Positions 56,890 through 64,000 of a DNA stretch of 64,000 bases are shown here, piece by piece. The notes under the pieces are model-generated. The model was not told where the DNA came from, ran no database searches, and saw only the letters and a list, made by a program, of their open reading frames with translations. The position numbers and the translations under genes are program-made. Each line of letters starts with the position of its first letter. Positions within the stretch are counted from its first letter, which is position 1. This DNA comes from the human T2T-CHM13v2.0 reference genome, Homo sapiens, in the NCBI RefSeq assembly GCF_009914755.1, contig NC_060925.1. One strand, given 5' to 3'.

Positions 56890-57120
56890 TTGTCAGGGCA
56901 TATAGTGCTTAACTGTGTGTCAGACACTTTTCTAAGTGTTTTTTTATATAGTAACTCATTTAATTCTGAAAAAAAACCCTCTGAGGTATCTATAAGGAAA
57001 TCGAGGTAGAGAGAGTTAAAATAACTCTAAGTCATATAGTTAGGAGGAGATGCAAAGTTGATTCAGACCTAGGAAGGCTGGCTCCGAGTCTGTCTCATAA
57101 CCACCATGCTTTATTGCCTC
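56890..57120 (-). mobile_element. MIR
   Basis: tgtgtcagacacttttctaagtg...aactcatttaattct...aggaaatcgagg. Confidence 0.7.
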
Positions 57121-57584
57121 TCCAAAAAAGAATAAAAGGAGGAAGCGGTCAGACTTCAAGGGAAATAAAATTTCTTTTATTTTACCTAGATATCTCTAGA
57201 TCCGATAACAGCTGGGACCAAGATATGGCAGGCTGCAGGGGTCAAGGAGAGCCAGCAAGCAGTGAAACATCTGCCTCCCTCTCCAGCTTCATCCCTCACA
57301 TGCACTTTCGTGGTCCCATCCCTCCCAGATCACAGGCAGTTCTGCCTGCTTCGTTTCTCTCTGCCTTTACAGATGCTATGCTTTTGGTTTGCACTGCTTT
57401 CCTCCCAATACTTTAACTTGACCAATTTGTATTTATTTCTCTACCTCTTTCAGGCAAAACTGCTTTGTAAGCATCTACTGCATTGTGAAACATTTCCAAG
57501 TTTACCCAAGAAGTACTGATCTTTCTACCTTTGGGCTCCCCCTGTCCCCTAAATATCCCTCCTTTTTTTGTACTTTCATCACTC

Positions 57585-58270
57585 ATTTGACAACTATTTA
57601 TTTAGCATTACTATGTGCCAAGCACTATTCTGGACACTGAGGAAATCAGTCAGTCCAAATTTCTGACCTAATAAAACATAATATCTAAGTGGGGAAGAAA
57701 AGCAAGATTTGGAAGAGAAATGATAGGATTTGATGTCTCCCTTAAAGGGATCACTCCGGCTACTGTCACTCTAGAGAAAAGGAGTCACTCTGGAGAATAG
57801 GCTGTGGGGGGTCAAGAGCAGGAGTGAGGAGACCAGGAAACTGTTGTGTTAATCCAGATCAGGAGGTGATGATGGCTTAGGTAAGGGTGGGAGCAGTGGG
57901 AATGGTAGGAAGTAGTTGAATTTGGGATATGTTTACCAAGTAGATCCAAAAAGATTTGCTGATGGTTTAACTGTTCGTTGTGAGAGAAAGAAAGGATAAT
58001 TCTATGATTTTTTGCTTATGCAACTAGAGGAATGCACTTACCATTGAAGAAGAGATTGGAGGAAGAACAGGTTTATGGGGAAAATAAGGAATTCAGATTT
58101 TTACATGTTTTTGATTCCTATTAGGACATCCAAGTAGAGATCTTAAGATAGTTGAATATATGATTCTGGAGTTCAGAGGAGATAGTGAGGCTAAAACGTT
58201 GATTTGGGAGTTATTAGTGTATGCTATGTATTTAAAGCCACAAGACTTGATGGGGTCACCTAGAAAGCTA
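57585..58270 (-). mobile_element. L2
   Basis: tactatgtgccaagcactattct and gacatccaagtagaga...ctggagttcagaggag. Confidence 0.75.
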
Positions 58271-58922
58271 GCTGACGACCAGGTATGACCATAGGGAACT
58301 CGGGAGATGGTAGTATTCAGAGCAAAAGGTAGTTCAGTAAAGCTTTCAAAGCCCCAGCCAAAGGGATAGAATTTAGAGTCAGGACCTCATTAAAAAAATA
58401 AAAATAAAAAGGAACTGAAAAGAGTGAAATGAGATGCCTGTTCTAAACAGGCCTGGAGATTTGAGCAAGTTCTCAGGACAGCAACTAGAAGAAGGTAAGA
58501 ATCCAGAACCAGAACTCAATTAGGAGACAGAAACTTGGTCTTAGGAGAAAGTCAGATGCCATTTATTATAAATGAGGCACAAGATCAGAGATAGGATCTA
58601 ATCAAACATATATTGATGTTCAGCACCTTGAATGTTGGATTGTAGAACTCTTTACTTTTCCACTGGGACCATGTGCCAGATCATTCTTTATGCCATGAGT
58701 CAACCAGAGCTGGAGGCATATCATGGGTTGACCTTCGTTCATCATGTCCAATAGAAATAGAATTATTTAAAATACAAATAATTTTTGCTTATTTATATGC
58801 CTAAAATTCTTGCACCTTTCCTACTAATTCTTCAGATTGCATTGAGTCACACTTATGCTTATTTAGTCTTTTTTTTAAGTGGGAAGTATGCTCATTTAAT
58901 TTGGGAAATTAGGATCTCTCTC

Positions 58923-59243
58923 TTTTTTTTTTTTTTTTTTTTTTTTAAGATATGGGGTCTCACTTTGTTGCCCAGGCTGGAGTACAGTGGCACAATCATA
59001 GCTTACTGCCGCCTCAAATTCCTGGGCTCCAGCAATCCTCCTGCCTCAGCCTCTCAAGTAGCTAGGACTATAGGCATGCACCACCACACCAAACTAATTT
59101 TAAAAACATGTTTGTTTGTTTTTTGGTAGAGACAGGGTCTTGCCATCTTGCCCAGACTGGTCTCGAAATCTGAGTTCAATCAGTCCTTCTGCCTCAGCCT
59201 CCCAAAGTGCTGGGATTACAGGCGTGAGCCACCATGCCCAGCC
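58923..59243 (-). mobile_element. Alu (AluJ-like)
   Basis: atcatagcttactgccgcctc...tcctgggctccagcaatcctc. Confidence 0.9.
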
Positions 59244-59365
59244 ATCTTATTTTTTTATAATCCTTCTCATTCCTTAAGAAACTGAAAGGCTGGAAGCTTC
59301 TCCCTTGAATAGAAAGCTTCCCAGTTTCCAGTCACCTAGATAATAGGGTCAACTCAATTAAATTA

Positions 59366-62036
<2,671 letters not shown>

Positions 62037-63452
62037 TGGTGGCATCATGGGCTGACATTAATACATCTCTTTAATGGGATTGGAAGTTAGGAGATGTTTC
62101 AAGGAGGAGATTACCTTGAACTGAGCTGTCCTGGTCAGTTGGCCATCTGAGAGAAAGAAATGGGGTCCCTGCCACAAGGCGCCTGGGAAATTAAATCCCA
62201 GTTAGAGAAATAGGAAGACACTCAGGAAGTAATCAGAAAGACACTTCACTGGTTATTTCCCCCCAGCAGTTTTGCTGCGATGAATTTCAGGGGTAGAAGC
62301 AGGAATGGTGGAATAAGGAATTGGAATTCAGGCCTACTTGTATAAGGCCCTCCTCAGTTGACCTATACCAGTATTTCTACATTTTTCTTATTTGACTTCT
62401 CTTACCTTGTAAAATATATAGAAATCAGTGGTTTCTAGGGTCTGCAGAGTGGGGTGGGTGGCACTAAAATACAGTAGATGTTAATACCCGTCTTAGACTT
62501 AATGAATCAGAATTATCCAGGGTGGGATCCAGGAATCTGAACTTTTAACAAATCTCTTTTGTTATTCTTAACTGGTACTCCTCAATTTACTGTTTAGGAA
62601 TCTTACACATGGGGGAGGTTGAGACACTTAACTAAGCTAGTTGGTGGCAGAAATGAAACTGTGATATGGATCTTCTAACTCCTGCTCTAAAGCTTTTGAT
62701 TTATAGTATAGTATTAATGAACTTCTATTGTGAACTTGCAGACCGTTTAATATTAGGTTCAATATACTATGTTTAAATGGGAATGAATTTCACAGGGCTT
62801 ATAGAGCCTTTCCCCATAATTGTAAAATTTTTGCAGCAACCGCTATATTACTGTTGCTACAATTTTCTTTGCTAATTAGGTCTCTTTGCCTTGTAGCTCT
62901 CACTTTTAAATTGTTTTTGTTTTGTCATTTAGTAGATCTCAGAGCAATTAACTAAACTAATTCTTCCATCTTTTTTTAAATGGAGACATCTCCTCCTCAC
63001 TATGGCAGGAAGATCTGTGATTTCTAGTATAACTGCTTGATGTGAGGACAGGGTTACTTGGGAAAGAACTTTCAGCATGAGTGATTTAATTATCTGCCTC
63101 CATTAGATAGGTACCTTTCTCTTGCTTGGCTCCTAATAAAGGAACAAGCACTCTCATCCATTTTACGGTTTAAATAAATTTTACAGTTAAATATGACTAG
63201 ATATACTTTTAGTACCCAAAGTTGTGGATATTTTGTTCCATAAAAGCTAATTACTAATAGAAAATGGTTTGCTAGATAAATTACTTAACTGAAAATATAC
63301 TAGAAGCTTATTTGTGCTTTCTAAAAAAGTTGATAATTATGATTCACTGGTTAGAAGTTGTAGATTTTACATATCCCTGATGTATAGATGGATAAGTGCA
63401 AATAGGAAAACTATGCTCTTAAATTATCATGATTGCTTGAAAACTTGGTAAT

Positions 63453-63635
63453 GCTCAGTTCTCAGTCTGGTTTCATACTAGAAACTCCTGGAAGTTCTTA
63501 AAAATACAAGTGACCACATTCTACTCCTGAGAAATTTCTATTTATTTGACCTAAGATGGATCTCCTGCCTCTGTGTGTTATGAAAGCTCCCCAGGTGATT
63601 TTAATAAGCAGCCATGGTTGAGAGCCAATGGTCTA
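63453..63635. mobile_element. MER5-like hAT-Charlie element
   Basis: cagttctca...cttaaaaatacaa...aagctccccaggtgattttaataagcagccatggttgagagccaatg. Confidence 0.7.
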
Positions 63636-64000
63636 ATGGAAAGAGAACTGAATTATAATCAGGAAACTTGTCATTCCAGTCTTAATTCTGTGAACTCAGG
63701 TAAATCATCTAACATATTTAAGCTTGCATTGTAAAATGGAGGTAATTAATAATGGCCTATATGCCGGATTAATATTTTTACAGTTGAATGAAACTATATA
63801 CTCAAAAGTGCTTTGCAGTAAAGTGTTATACAGATGGTGGCATAGCAATTAAGATTTACTACGCAATATACTACTGTGAAGTGGTATGTTTAGTCTTTTG
63901 TACTTCTTGGCAGAAAGATGCTAGATCCCCTGTGGCAGAAAGAAACTTAGGCTCCTTAGCGATCCTCAGGGTATATTATTATGATTCTTAAAGTTCACTC

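Overview
This is primate, most likely human, genomic DNA from inside the RABGAP1L gene (Rab GTPase-activating protein 1-like, TBC domain), transcribed on the + strand. Three phase-0 coding exons (7493-7567, 23501-23626, 26090-26233) encode the central TBC domain, including the GYCQG glutamine-finger motif. The rest is intron packed with transposable elements: about 22 Alu-family SINEs, L1 of several ages, L2, MIR, a HERV-W LTR17 solo LTR, two LTR12 (ERV9) pieces, MER52, MaLR LTRs including an LTR-internal-LTR MST element, and MER2/MER5/MER58/MER63 DNA transposons. Nearly all ORFs in the supplied track are repeat-derived or spurious. I find no new gene system. The most notable structures are: (1) an L1PA3-type insertion carrying a ~590-bp 3' transduction within a perfect 16-bp TSD; (2) a collapsed L1PA/LTR12C/LTR12/MER52 nest with a microhomology junction and a GC-rich inverted repeat of ~310/350-bp arms; (3) a ~110-bp locally templated insertion; (4) candidate cassette exons of 48 nt (in frame) and 38 nt (frameshifting); (5) LTR promoters with weakened poly(A) signals. 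Repeat family and subfamily names come from recalled consensus sequences, not from a database search, and boundaries of old repeats are approximate.
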